Assembly (NCBI RefSeq): GCF_000009045.1
Contig: NC_000964.3
Span: 3,960,001 to 3,992,000 of the forward strand
Direction: 5' to 3'
Length of the DNA stretch: 32,000 bases
DNA from: Bacillus subtilis subsp. subtilis str. 168
GTDB lineage: Bacteria; Bacillota; Bacilli; Bacillales; Bacillaceae
In this document: positions 10,323 to 19,752 of the stretch, one piece after another
How the letters are laid out: every line of letters begins with the position of its first letter
Position numbering within the stretch: position 1 is the stretch's first letter
Position numbers and translations under genes: made by a program
Notes under the pieces: model-generated
What the model saw: only the letters and a program-made list of their open reading frames with translations
Databases searched by the model: none
Told to the model about the DNA's origin: nothing

Positions 10323-10848
10323 CCCACTCCTTTCTGATTTGCTGGAGCCCTTTATGAACTCTGGACTTTACAGTGCCTTCTTTGATTTGAAGCATCACCC
10401 CGATTTCAGCGTAGGTATAGCCGTAGTAATGCCTTAATAAAACCGGTGTGCGCAGTTTAGGGTCCAGCTTTGAAAACAGATCGAGCGTTTCGCTCCACTC
10501 TGCCCCTTTCGCCGACACGTCCCACTTGATCTTGCGGATTGTTTCCTCCGTAACTGTCTGATTCCGTTTCCATTCTCTCTTTCTCTTTTTCTGGTGATCG
10601 AGATAGAGCCGCGATGCAATGGAGATCAGCCATGTGGAGAATTTTGAACGGCCCTGAAAGCTTCTTAAATGGATGTACCCTTTCAGAAAGGTTTCCTGAA
10701 CAAGTTCCTCGCTGAGATCGGGGTGAAGGGAAAGCTTTAACAAGTATTTATATAAGAAAGAATAGTGATAGTGGAAAAGGGCTGTAAACGCCTCGTCGTT
10801 TCCCTCTTTCGCCTGCTGGATCAGCCGCTGTTCTTCTTGTGTATCCAA
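10312..10848 (-). CDS. sigY: ECF-type RNA polymerase sigma factor
   Basis: 178 aa; sigma region 2 ([51 protein letters not shown]) and region 4 ([36 protein letters not shown]). Confidence 0.96.
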
Positions 10849-10887
10849 TGACCGTGATCCCCCCTTTTTTGTTTTTCTGCCTTATGA

Positions 10888-10913
10888 GACGACACCGGAT
10901 TCAAAAGCGTTCA
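10888..10913 (-). promoter_or_regulatory. Sigma-Y dependent autoregulatory promoter
   Basis: Minus strand TGAACG (10913-10908), 16-nt spacer, CGTC (10891-10888), upstream of sigY start at 10848. Confidence 0.85.
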
Positions 10914-11059
10914 TCTTTTTTACAATTCTTTTCAGCCATTGACAGATCAGGCTTCCCGGCCGTTTGGCTGCATATCCTTATTTGTAAACCCCCTTATAGT
11001 CTGTTAAGCTATGACTTTATGTCGATTTCAAAAAAACATCCAATATGGAGGACGATGCA

Positions 11060-12433
11060 TTGAAAGTAGAAAGGCGAACGATTGAATATATTCCGAATGA
11101 AGAAAGACATGGTAAAGCGAAAGATTTATTTCCCGTATGGTTCGGGGCTAATATGCATATCACCACGTTAGTGACCGGCACGATTCCCGTTGCAATGGGA
11201 CTTAATCTGTTTTGGAGTGTTGCCGCTATTATTTGCGGAACCTTAATCGGTGCCATATTTATGGCTTCTCATTCCGCGCAAGGCCCTCAGCTAGGCATCC
11301 CGCAAATGATTCAAAGCCGTGCCCAATTCGGCGTAATCGGAGCGATTCTTCCCCTCTTCTTAGTCATGTTTATCTACCTTGGTTTCTTCGCAAGCAGCAC
11401 GATTCTGGCGGCCGGAACCTTAAGCAGCTTTGTTCCCATCCCGGGATCATGGAGCATTATAGGCTTAAGTGCCGTATGTTTTTTACTCACCATTTTCGGC
11501 CATGATTTGATTCACAAAATGCAAAAAATCCTTTCTTGGACCTCTTTTGCTGTATTTTTTGCTGCAACGATTCTCATTTTTCAATTGCCGATTCCGGCAG
11601 GCAGCTGGATACCCGGAGCGATTGATCTGCCAATTTTCCTAGTGGCAGTCAGCGCAGTTGCGACGTGGCAGCTTGCCTACGCGCCGTATGTTGCCGATTA
11701 TTCAAGATATCTGCCAGTTAAAACACCGGCTTCAAAAACATTTTGGTACAGCTATGCAGGTACATCTGTCAGCTCCATCTGGATGATGCTGCTCGGCGCA
11801 TTGCTGACAACCTCACTTCCTGACTTTACGGCAAACTCAGGCAGCCAGATTGTCCAATTGTTCGGTCCCTTCTCGTTTATTATGCTGATCATTGTGCTAT
11901 TTGGGCAAATGGCAATCAATGTTTTTAACCTGTATGGGGCTTTCATGTCCACGACAACAACGCTGGAGCCGTTTCTGAAATTAAAAGTCACGCCCAAAGT
12001 CAGAATCATCATGATCCTGGGTGTCACGCTTGTCGGCACAGTCTTAAGCCTACTGGGACAGAGCAATTTTATGGAACTGTTTTTGAATTTTATCTTTTTC
12101 ATCAGTTATTTCTTAATTCCGTGGACGGCAATCAATTTAGTCGATTACTACTTCGTCCGCCACGGAAAGTATCAAGTCAAAGCCATGTTCGACGTAAACG
12201 GGCCTTATGGAAAGGTCAATTGGATCACCACAATTGCGTTCGTTCTGTCTATCTTGCTGGAAATTCCGTTTATCAACACAAGCTTTTACATCGGACCGCT
12301 TGCCAAAATGTTTGGCGGCGGAGACATCGCATGGATTATCGGCTTGGCCGTGCCTTCTGTGCTTTACTATGTATTAATGAAACCGCGTCTGAAAAAACGG
12401 GCGGGGTATCAAGAAAAGCTGTCTTCTCTCTGA
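11060..12433 (+). CDS. yxlA: NCS1-family purine/cytosine permease-like transporter
   Basis: 457 aa; 12-TM NCS1 pattern. TTG at 11060 has GGAGG 8 nt upstream, preferred to ATG 11045. Confidence 0.88.
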   Translation: MKVERRTIEYIPNEERHGKAKDLFPVWFGANMHITTLVTGTIPVAMGLNLFWSVAAIICGTLIGAIFMASHSAQGPQLGIPQMIQSRAQFGVIGAILPLFLVMFIYLGFFASSTILAAGTLSSFVPIPGSWSIIGLSAVCFLLTIFGHDLIHKMQKILSWTSFAVFFAATILIFQLPIPAGSWIPGAIDLPIFLVAVSAVATWQLAYAPYVADYSRYLPVKTPASKTFWYSYAGTSVSSIWMMLLGALLTTSLPDFTANSGSQIVQLFGPFSFIMLIIVLFGQMAINVFNLYGAFMSTTTTLEPFLKLKVTPKVRIIMILGVTLVGTVLSLLGQSNFMELFLNFIFFISYFLIPWTAINLVDYYFVRHGKYQVKAMFDVNGPYGKVNWITTIAFVLSILLEIPFINTSFYIGPLAKMFGGGDIAWIIGLAVPSVLYYVLMKPRLKKRAGYQEKLSSL

Positions 12434-12446
12434 AGACAGCTTTTTT
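12418..12446 (+). terminator. Rho-independent terminator of yxlA
   Basis: GCTGTCTTC-TCTCT-GAAGACAGC-TTTTTT; the yxlA TGA stop lies in the hairpin. Confidence 0.85.
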
Positions 12447-12447
12447 A

Positions 12448-13278
12448 TCATTCAAATCGTTTCCACACGCGGGGCAGGATGTCAGATAGCTCATGAGCGA
12501 GCAACGTATGAGCGGAGTGCTCGTCCGTCCAGAGCTCGGCGCACGCACCATGCAAATAGACCGCGTTTAATACGGCGTGCTTTGGATCTTCATGGCAGCA
12601 GAGCATCCCCAATATCATGCCCGTCAGCGTGTCACCGGTTCCGCCCTTGGCGAGCGCCCCGTTTCCGGTTGGATTGAGCCAGCAGTCTCCATCAGGAAAC
12701 GCGATGACGGTTTGGTTTCCTTTTAACACAATGACAGTCTGCAGCTGAGCCGCCCATTCCTTTGCATATTCCGCTCTTTTTTTCTGCAATTCGTTCACGG
12801 GCACCCCTGTCATTCGGAAAAACTCGCCCGGGTGCGGCGTGAGGATGACGGGGCCCTCCCGTTTCGGATATGTGCGCTTCGCCAGCGCTCCGGCATCCAA
12901 AATAACAGGACAATCAGCCGTAAGCACATGATCGACTGCCTGCTGTACGCTTTCCGTTTGCGGAAGGCCCGGTCCGATGGCAATGGCCCGGTACGTCTCT
13001 TCAAGCTGAGCATCCGCCGCCTTTTTCCAGCCGTCACGCCAATAGGTCGCCTCGGGCAAAACAGGAACAATTAGCGGGATTACGTTTTCTGATGTACCGA
13101 TGACAAGCTTGCCGAGACCGCTCCGCATGGCCCCAAGCCCTGCAAGCAGCGCTGCTCCCGGCATGTCGTCACTTCCAGCCAGCAGCAAAGCCGTACCGTA
13201 CGTGCCTTTATGGCTCTCCGCATCTCTTTCAGGAAGCGTGGCCCTTACATGCTCTTCCGTCCAAAATGGAACATTCAT
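12448..13278 (-). CDS. yxkO: ADP-dependent (S)-NAD(P)H-hydrate dehydratase
   Basis: 276 aa with NnrD/CARKD motifs: PVILTPHPGEFFRM, GNGALAKGGTGDTLTGMILGML. Confidence 0.93.
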   Translation of the reverse strand: MNVPFWTEEHVRATLPERDAESHKGTYGTALLLAGSDDMPGAALLAGLGAMRSGLGKLVIGTSENVIPLIVPVLPEATYWRDGWKKAADAQLEETYRAIAIGPGLPQTESVQQAVDHVLTADCPVILDAGALAKRTYPKREGPVILTPHPGEFFRMTGVPVNELQKKRAEYAKEWAAQLQTVIVLKGNQTVIAFPDGDCWLNPTGNGALAKGGTGDTLTGMILGMLCCHEDPKHAVLNAVYLHGACAELWTDEHSAHTLLAHELSDILPRVWKRFE

Positions 13279-13335
13279 CTCTATCCCTCCTCTGCTTTCT
13301 TTTCCTATTTTTCCTGTCCCTTTTCTTTTTCAAAC

Positions 13336-13364
13336 AAAAAAGACAGCCTTTTAGGGCTGTCTTT
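13336..13364 (-). terminator. Rho-independent terminator of the cyd operon
   Basis: AAAAAAGACAGCC-(CTTTTAG region)-GGCTGTCTTTT stem directly after the cydD stop, U-tract on minus strand. Confidence 0.8.
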
Positions 13365-15091
13365 TATTTTACAGGAACATCAAGGTGATACAGGCGGCGA
13401 TATCGTTCGTTTGCCGCCAGCAGCTCCTCATGGGTTCCTTCCATTTCTGTTTTGCCGTTTTCGAGAAATACGATTTTATCGGCTGCTTCCACTCCCGCGA
13501 GATGGTGTGTAATCCATAAAATCGTTTTTCCTTTCAGCACCTCAAACACCGTTTCCATCAATTCACGTTCGGTAATAGGATCGAGGCCGACTGTTGGCTC
13601 ATCGAGGATGATGATCGGTGTATCCTGCAGCAAAATCCTCGCAAGTGCGATCCGCTGGCGCTCTCCACCGGAAAAACGGATGCCGGTTTCTTGTACAGAG
13701 GTATGATATCCGTCAGGCAATGACTCAATGTAGTCATGCAGCTTGACCTGCTTTGCGGCGCGGCGCACATCCTCGTCGCTTGCTTCTCCGTTTCCGAGCC
13801 TGATGTTGTTCAAAATGCTTGTATCAAACAGGTGCGGTTTTTGATTTAACACGGCCACCGCATCCGCAATCTGATCCTTTAACAGCGCTGTCTCCACTCC
13901 GTTTAACGTCACAGAACCGGAGTCCGGTTTCAAGGCGCCTTCGATTAATGCAAGCGATGTTGATTTCCCAGAGCCGCTTCGGCCGAGCAGCGCCATTTTT
14001 TCTCCTTGGCGCAGCGTAAAGGAAAAGTTGTGCAGCACTTGGCTGCTGTTGTCATAAGAAAACGTCACATCACGAAAGGCCAAGGTGACATCTTGAAGAT
14101 CGAGAATTTGATCCCCTGATTCAGTTTGTGACGCCTCCGGCTGAGGAGCCACATTGTTCATGCGTCTGATAGAATCCTGATAGCCCGGCACTTCGCCTAA
14201 GGCATCCGAAAGCGGCAAAAAGGCTTCCGTCAACGGAAACACCACTAGCACAAAAGCGGCAATCATCGTTTTAGCGAGCTCGCCGTCCGCTTGCTGTCCC
14301 GCTGTCCAAAACAGCATCAGCAAAATAAGGCCAGCGACAAGGCATTGCGCAGCAAAGTCCCGCCATCTTGTAAAGCGTTGTTTTTTCCGTTCAAGCTCAA
14401 ACCAATCACGTTCCTCTTTTTCATAAGCATCAATAAAAGCATGCCGGCGTCCGCTGAACATCCAGTCGCTGACACCCATCACAGCATCTGTCAGACGGCT
14501 GTACAGCACATTCCGTCCGCTTTTCAGCTTCGCATTCTTCGCTCTCGTCACGAGCAAAGACACAACCGGAAACAATACAACAAGAACAAACAAATACAGC
14601 GCAAGCAATATGGCAAACGGCCAAGAGAAGAAGCCGAGCGCTATCACTGACACAGCATACAGGAGCAAGGCTGAGATCGCAGGAAAAATCGTTTTTAAGA
14701 AAGCATCCTGCAAATGCTCAATATCCTCAGACAAAATGCCGAGCATATCCCCCGTGCGAAAACGGGAACGCAGCATCAAAGCACCCGGCTCAAGCATATT
14801 GTAAAGGCGGACGCGCATGTCAGATACGATTTTCAAAATGATGTGATGGCCGACGAGCCGTTCCACATATCGCGACACAGAGCGCGCAATCCCAAAGGTG
14901 CGCACAGCGACAATCGGCACATAAATGAGCAGAATGTTTTCCGGCCTTGTCGCCGCTTTAGAAATCAAAAAACCTGAGGTGAACATGAGAAAAGCAGCAG
15001 AAAAAATCGTCACCGCACCCAAAAAGATAACCAGAACGAACAGGCGGGCATTTTGCTTGATATACGGCAAAATCCATTCTTCTTTCTTCAT
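13364..15091 (-). CDS. cydD: ABC-type thiol/glutathione exporter subunit required for cytochrome bd assembly
   Basis: 575 aa TM-NBD fusion; GRSGSGKSTSLALIEG, FSGGERQRIALARILLQ, IIILDEPTVGLD; 4-nt overlap with cydC. Confidence 0.94.
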   Translation of the reverse strand: MKKEEWILPYIKQNARLFVLVIFLGAVTIFSAAFLMFTSGFLISKAATRPENILLIYVPIVAVRTFGIARSVSRYVERLVGHHIILKIVSDMRVRLYNMLEPGALMLRSRFRTGDMLGILSEDIEHLQDAFLKTIFPAISALLLYAVSVIALGFFSWPFAILLALYLFVLVVLFPVVSLLVTRAKNAKLKSGRNVLYSRLTDAVMGVSDWMFSGRRHAFIDAYEKEERDWFELERKKQRFTRWRDFAAQCLVAGLILLMLFWTAGQQADGELAKTMIAAFVLVVFPLTEAFLPLSDALGEVPGYQDSIRRMNNVAPQPEASQTESGDQILDLQDVTLAFRDVTFSYDNSSQVLHNFSFTLRQGEKMALLGRSGSGKSTSLALIEGALKPDSGSVTLNGVETALLKDQIADAVAVLNQKPHLFDTSILNNIRLGNGEASDEDVRRAAKQVKLHDYIESLPDGYHTSVQETGIRFSGGERQRIALARILLQDTPIIILDEPTVGLDPITERELMETVFEVLKGKTILWITHHLAGVEAADKIVFLENGKTEMEGTHEELLAANERYRRLYHLDVPVK

Positions 15092-16791
15092 GCTCTTTCC
15101 CCCAGTTGTGCCTTCACGAGTTTGGTATACACACCGTTTTTCTCCAGCAGTTCATTGTGAGTCCCAATTTCCGCAACCCTGCCCCCGTCAAGCACGATAA
15201 TTTCGTCCATATCGAGCATCCAGTGAAGGCGGTGAGTCGCGAGAAAGACGAGCTTATCCTCAAATAAATCCAGCATCGTTTCTTTTATTTCATATTCTGT
15301 TTCGATATCAAGATGGGCGGTCGGCTCATCCAGCAGCAGGATCGGACGGTTTCCCAAAAAGGCGCGGGCCAGCGCGACACGCTGTGCCTGGCCGCCGCTG
15401 AGCGCCCGGCCGCCTTCCCCGATCCGCCCCTCTAATCCGTCAGGAAGGTTGTTCACCAGCTCCGTCAGTCCCGCTGAGGCAGCAGCACGTGTTGTATCCT
15501 CTGCCGAAGCGCTTGGATGGTAGAAGCGAATGTTGTTGCCAAGCGTATCATCAAAAATGTACGGATGCTGGGGAATGTAAAGAAGGTTCTTCTGCCAGCT
15601 GCCGTCCTGCAAATGGGACCGGCTTGTACCATTAACCTCAATCATCCCGCCATCCGGCTCTAAAAATCCGCCGAGAATATCAATTAATGTTGATTTTCCG
15701 GCGCCGCTTGCACCGATAATGCCGATTTTTTTCTTGCCTTTGAATGAGAGATGAATATCAGACACCGAACGGCCGACTGACACGCCTGACAGCTTCAGCT
15801 CATCCTGATCGGACCAAGCTTCGAGCTGAAGCGGCGTCTCTTCTTTAAAACCAGGCTGCGACAAAATCTCTTGAATGGTTTTTCCTGCTTCCTGGCCGTT
15901 CAGCGTTGCATGATAATCATTCCCCACTTCCCGCACCGGCAAAAAATACTCAGGCGCCAGAATAAGCGCCGTTAAAGCAGGGCCAAGCAAAATATCGCCG
16001 TCAATGAGGCGCAGGCCCAGAAATACTGCGACTGTCGCCACCGACAGCATCGTGAAAAAATCGAGGGCGAATGATGACAAAAACGCCACCCGGAGTGTGC
16101 TCATCGTTGCCTTGCGATACCGCTCACTCACATAGAAAATATTTTTGCTGTGTGACTTGCTCAAACCTAGGAAACGCAATGTCTCCAGCCCGCGAAGAGA
16201 ATCAACAAAATGATTGGAAAGTCTCTGATAGGATTTCCACTGACGATCCGCTTTTCTCTGCGCGACAAGGCCGAGGAGAATCATAAAGATGATCAGAATC
16301 GGCATAGCAGCGACTAAAATGATGGCTGATGTCCGATCCTGAAAAAACACATAAATGACAACTGCCGCAGGCACAATCGCCATGCTGACCATTTTCGGCA
16401 GAAACAGCTCCAGGTAGCGGCGGAACTGGCTGATGCCTTCCATCGCCAGCGTCACCATTTGCCCCGTCCCCTCTTTCTTTGCAAAGCGGGGGCCTAATCG
16501 GAACAGCTGATCAAGAAAACTTTTCCTCAAATCTGCTCCTGTCCGGGCGGCGTATTGATAGACGATTTTCTGTCGCGCCACCGTCATCCCGTGCCGGGCG
16601 ATAAAAGCGATGAGGAAAAAGCCGATCACCGGTAAAAGGGAGGTAATGCCCTTCCCGTTGAACAGTCCGGTTACGGCCTCACTCAGCCACTCTGCCTGCA
16701 TAATAATGGCGGCTGTCTGAATCAACGTTAAACAAGTAATCAAGGTGAGAATCCGCTTCATTCCTTTATATCGAAACAGGTCTTTTCCCAT
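15088..16791 (-). CDS. cydC: ABC-type exporter subunit required for cytochrome bd assembly
   Basis: 567 aa TM-NBD fusion; GASGAGKSTLIDILGG, LSGGQAQRVALARAFL; directly downstream of cydB. Confidence 0.94.
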   Translation of the reverse strand: MGKDLFRYKGMKRILTLITCLTLIQTAAIIMQAEWLSEAVTGLFNGKGITSLLPVIGFFLIAFIARHGMTVARQKIVYQYAARTGADLRKSFLDQLFRLGPRFAKKEGTGQMVTLAMEGISQFRRYLELFLPKMVSMAIVPAAVVIYVFFQDRTSAIILVAAMPILIIFMILLGLVAQRKADRQWKSYQRLSNHFVDSLRGLETLRFLGLSKSHSKNIFYVSERYRKATMSTLRVAFLSSFALDFFTMLSVATVAVFLGLRLIDGDILLGPALTALILAPEYFLPVREVGNDYHATLNGQEAGKTIQEILSQPGFKEETPLQLEAWSDQDELKLSGVSVGRSVSDIHLSFKGKKKIGIIGASGAGKSTLIDILGGFLEPDGGMIEVNGTSRSHLQDGSWQKNLLYIPQHPYIFDDTLGNNIRFYHPSASAEDTTRAAASAGLTELVNNLPDGLEGRIGEGGRALSGGQAQRVALARAFLGNRPILLLDEPTAHLDIETEYEIKETMLDLFEDKLVFLATHRLHWMLDMDEIIVLDGGRVAEIGTHNELLEKNGVYTKLVKAQLGERA

Positions 16792-17807
16792 TAATAAGTC
16801 ATAGGCTCCTTATGGCTGACGCGCTTCCGGAAGACATAATAGCTCCAGATCTGGCTGCCGATGACGAACGGCAATAGCGTTAATGCTGCAATTGACATGA
16901 CTTTAAGCGAATAATCTCCAGAAGAAGCGTTAGCTACTGTTAAATCGTATGCGCTATGAAGCGAGCTGACCATTACACGAGGGAATAGGGAAATAAAGAT
17001 CATTCCCACGGTCAGCGCCAGACCAGCGCCTGTCATCCCAAATGTCCAGCCGTCTTTTTTCTTACGAATAAATACAGCCGCGAGCATAAAGCAGATGACA
17101 ATCAAAACAGCGAGCGGAATGGTAATCTCGCCGCGGCGTGTAAACATGTCTGTCTGATACGCAGAAAGGGCCGCGAAGGCAAGAACCGCTACAAAAACAA
17201 CACCCATTATCTTTTGCGCCATTTTCCGGGCGCGGTTTTGCAAATCACCAATCGTACGCAGCGTGATAAACATTAATCCATGCTGGAAGCAAAGAAGCGT
17301 TACCGTCACACCGCCAAGTATAGAATATACATTGATATAATCAGATACATGTGCGTGAATGTTCATGTCGGCATCAATCGGCATCCCGCGGAATAATGTC
17401 GTGAACAGCACACCAAGCACAAACGGAGGAATTAGACTGCCGAAAAAAACGACCCAGTCCCAAACCTTTACCCATTTTAAATGATCCACCTTGCCGCGGA
17501 ACTCAAACGCGACCCCGCGGCCCATTAACGCAAGCAGCACTATGACAAACGGAATGTAATAACCGCTCAGCATCGTTGCATACCAGTTTGGGAATGCCGC
17601 GAAAATGGCGCCTGCGCCAGTCAAAAGCCACACTTCATTCGCGTCCCAGAACGGCCCGATCGTGTTGATCAGCACTCTGCGTTCTAATTCATTATGGCCA
17701 AGAAAACGGGTCGCCATGCCGACCCCGAAATCAAAGCCTTCCAAAAAGAAGAATCCTACAAACAATACAGCAACGAGTATAAACCAAAGATCATGAAGAG
17801 ATGCCAT
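16791..17807 (-). CDS. cydB: Cytochrome bd ubiquinol oxidase subunit II
   Basis: 338 aa from MASLHDLWFILVAVLFVGFFFLEGFDFGVGM; overlaps cydA end by 17 nt. Confidence 0.95.
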   Translation of the reverse strand: MASLHDLWFILVAVLFVGFFFLEGFDFGVGMATRFLGHNELERRVLINTIGPFWDANEVWLLTGAGAIFAAFPNWYATMLSGYYIPFVIVLLALMGRGVAFEFRGKVDHLKWVKVWDWVVFFGSLIPPFVLGVLFTTLFRGMPIDADMNIHAHVSDYINVYSILGGVTVTLLCFQHGLMFITLRTIGDLQNRARKMAQKIMGVVFVAVLAFAALSAYQTDMFTRRGEITIPLAVLIVICFMLAAVFIRKKKDGWTFGMTGAGLALTVGMIFISLFPRVMVSSLHSAYDLTVANASSGDYSLKVMSIAALTLLPFVIGSQIWSYYVFRKRVSHKEPMTY

Positions 17808-19197
17808 GGTATACCTCCTGACTAAATGGATCTGTTGATACAGGCACATCATGATGATTATCATGCTCCGCACCTTTTTTAATCTCACGGATAAACAAGA
17901 AGACAAGCAGTGCACCAAGAATCATGTACATCACACCGAATGCGATGATTGAGAATAACAAGGAACCCGCTGTTACGTTAGGCGACACAGATTGAGCGGT
18001 TGTCATTAACCCCATAACCGTCCAAGGCTGACGTCCGATTTCTGTCATAATCCAGCCCGCGGAGTTTGCAAGAAACGGGAAGGAAATCAACGCGATCATG
18101 ATGCGCAAATACCATTTGCTGTTTTCAAGCTTTTTACGGCGGTTTAACCAAAGGCCGCCTAACGCAGCAAGAATCATGACAACACCTGCTCCTACCATGA
18201 TGCGGAAGCTCCAGAATGTCGTTTTCACTGGCGGAATGTAGTCGCCTTTTCCGTATATTTTTTCGTACTCAGCCTGAAGGGTTTTCATCCCTTTGACACT
18301 TCCGCTGAATTTCTGATAAGCCAAGTAGCTCAAGGCATAAGGAACTTTGATTTCATTTGAGCTTTTTTCATTTTTTGTATCGATCGTCGCAAAAGCGGTC
18401 CAAGCAGCAGGGTCACCGCTGTCTTCCCATAGGCCTTCACTGGCAGCCATTTTCATCGGCTGTGATTCCATCAAGTGCTCAGCCTGCATGTGTCCGCTAA
18501 GGCCGACGCCAAGACCGGCACAAAGACCGACGATCATTGCGAGTTTAAAAGATTGCTTAAAGAACGGCACTTCTTTTTTCTTCAGCAGTTTAAAAGCACT
18601 CACTCCGGCAATAAAGAAAGCTCCAGTGGCAAGCGCACCGAAAATAACGTGCGGGAATTCAACCCAAAGCTGAGGGTTTGTAATCAACGCGCCAAAATCA
18701 TTCATTTCCGCGCGGCCGTTTTTGATCGTAAAGCCGACCGGCTCCTGCATAAAGGAGTTTGCTGTTAAAATCCAGAAAGATGACATGATCGTTCCGAATG
18801 ATACGAGCCATATGCAGAGCGCGTGAATTTTCTTCGGCAGGCGGTCCCAGCCAAAAATCCATAATCCGATAAAAATAGATTCCATGAAAAACGCCAATAA
18901 TGCTTCAATCGCAAGCGGAGCGCCAAATACATCTCCGACAAAACGGGAGTAATCTGACCAGTTCAGTCCAAACTGGAATTCTTGCAAAATCCCCGTTACA
19001 ACACCGACTGCGAAATTTATTAAGAATAAGTGTCCCCAAAACTTTGCCATTTTGAGATACAGCTCATTTTTCTTTACAAGATAAAGAGTCTCCATCAACG
19101 CAACCATAAACACAAGCCCGATAGACATCGGCACAAACAAGAAGTGAAACAACGTTGTTGATGCAAATTGTATGCGGGCTAATACCAATTCACTCAT
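17791..19197 (-). CDS. cydA: Cytochrome bd ubiquinol oxidase subunit I
   Basis: 468 aa from MSELVLARIQFASTTLFHFLFVPMSIG; heme-ligand and GRQPW motifs. Confidence 0.96.
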   Translation of the reverse strand: MSELVLARIQFASTTLFHFLFVPMSIGLVFMVALMETLYLVKKNELYLKMAKFWGHLFLINFAVGVVTGILQEFQFGLNWSDYSRFVGDVFGAPLAIEALLAFFMESIFIGLWIFGWDRLPKKIHALCIWLVSFGTIMSSFWILTANSFMQEPVGFTIKNGRAEMNDFGALITNPQLWVEFPHVIFGALATGAFFIAGVSAFKLLKKKEVPFFKQSFKLAMIVGLCAGLGVGLSGHMQAEHLMESQPMKMAASEGLWEDSGDPAAWTAFATIDTKNEKSSNEIKVPYALSYLAYQKFSGSVKGMKTLQAEYEKIYGKGDYIPPVKTTFWSFRIMVGAGVVMILAALGGLWLNRRKKLENSKWYLRIMIALISFPFLANSAGWIMTEIGRQPWTVMGLMTTAQSVSPNVTAGSLLFSIIAFGVMYMILGALLVFLFIREIKKGAEHDNHHDVPVSTDPFSQEVYHGISS

Positions 19198-19230
19198 GCT
19201 TTCTCCTCCATTTCCGGTTAAAACTGTTAA

Positions 19231-19317
19231 TTTGCTCACTACTTCACAAATAGAACCGAGACTTTGATCAGTAATTCACAAAATAGACGAAAAAAATATT
19301 GCTCAATATTTCACAAA
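19231..19317 (-). promoter_or_regulatory. Three Rex-type operators in the cydA upstream/leader region
   Basis: Aligned 20-mers: 19231-19250 tttgctcactacttcacaaa; 19263-19282 tttgatcagtaattcacaaa; 19298-19317 attgctcaatatttcacaaa. Each has the TTGTGAA half-site on the minus strand. Confidence 0.85.
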
Positions 19318-19752
19318 TGTGTCAAAAAGTCATCCAATATGATGCAAGATTGCCAGACTGACCAAATGACACAATCTCTGACTGGTTCATATTAAGTACT
19401 TTACAACGATTCATTTCAAAAATAAAGCCTAAAATACCTAAAAAGTCCCGCACTATGTGACGGATTTTTGTCTATTTTGTTGCTTATTTATGTCGGCTGC
19501 TAGGATAAATGACCCTTTATTATCGTACATCAACACATCGTTCCTTGCGAACAAAATGCTTGCCCCCGCCCCAGCACTCGAGTCTCAGCATTCCGTCTTA
19601 AACCGATTTTAGTCAGAATGCCTCTTTTCATTTGAACCGGTAAGAGGAGAAAAGTTGAATAGTAAATTTTTAATATATTAATAATTTCAATTTTTTAGTA
19701 TACTTAACATAGTGAACAATTTCACTGCATCAAGAATAGGGGAGGTTTTTCA

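Noticed and set aside
13364-16791. Two consecutive TM-NBD ABC exporters as a candidate antimicrobial export system
   Set aside because: Both are typical CydD/CydC, overlap each other and follow cydAB in one operon; known role in cytochrome bd assembly.
19441-19752. Possible leader RNA or small ORF between cydA and cimH (short A/T-rich repeats, segment ttgaatagtaaattttt)
   Set aside because: No convincing stem-loop series, terminator or conserved riboswitch motif could be recognised; the distance is adequately explained by two divergent promoter regions.
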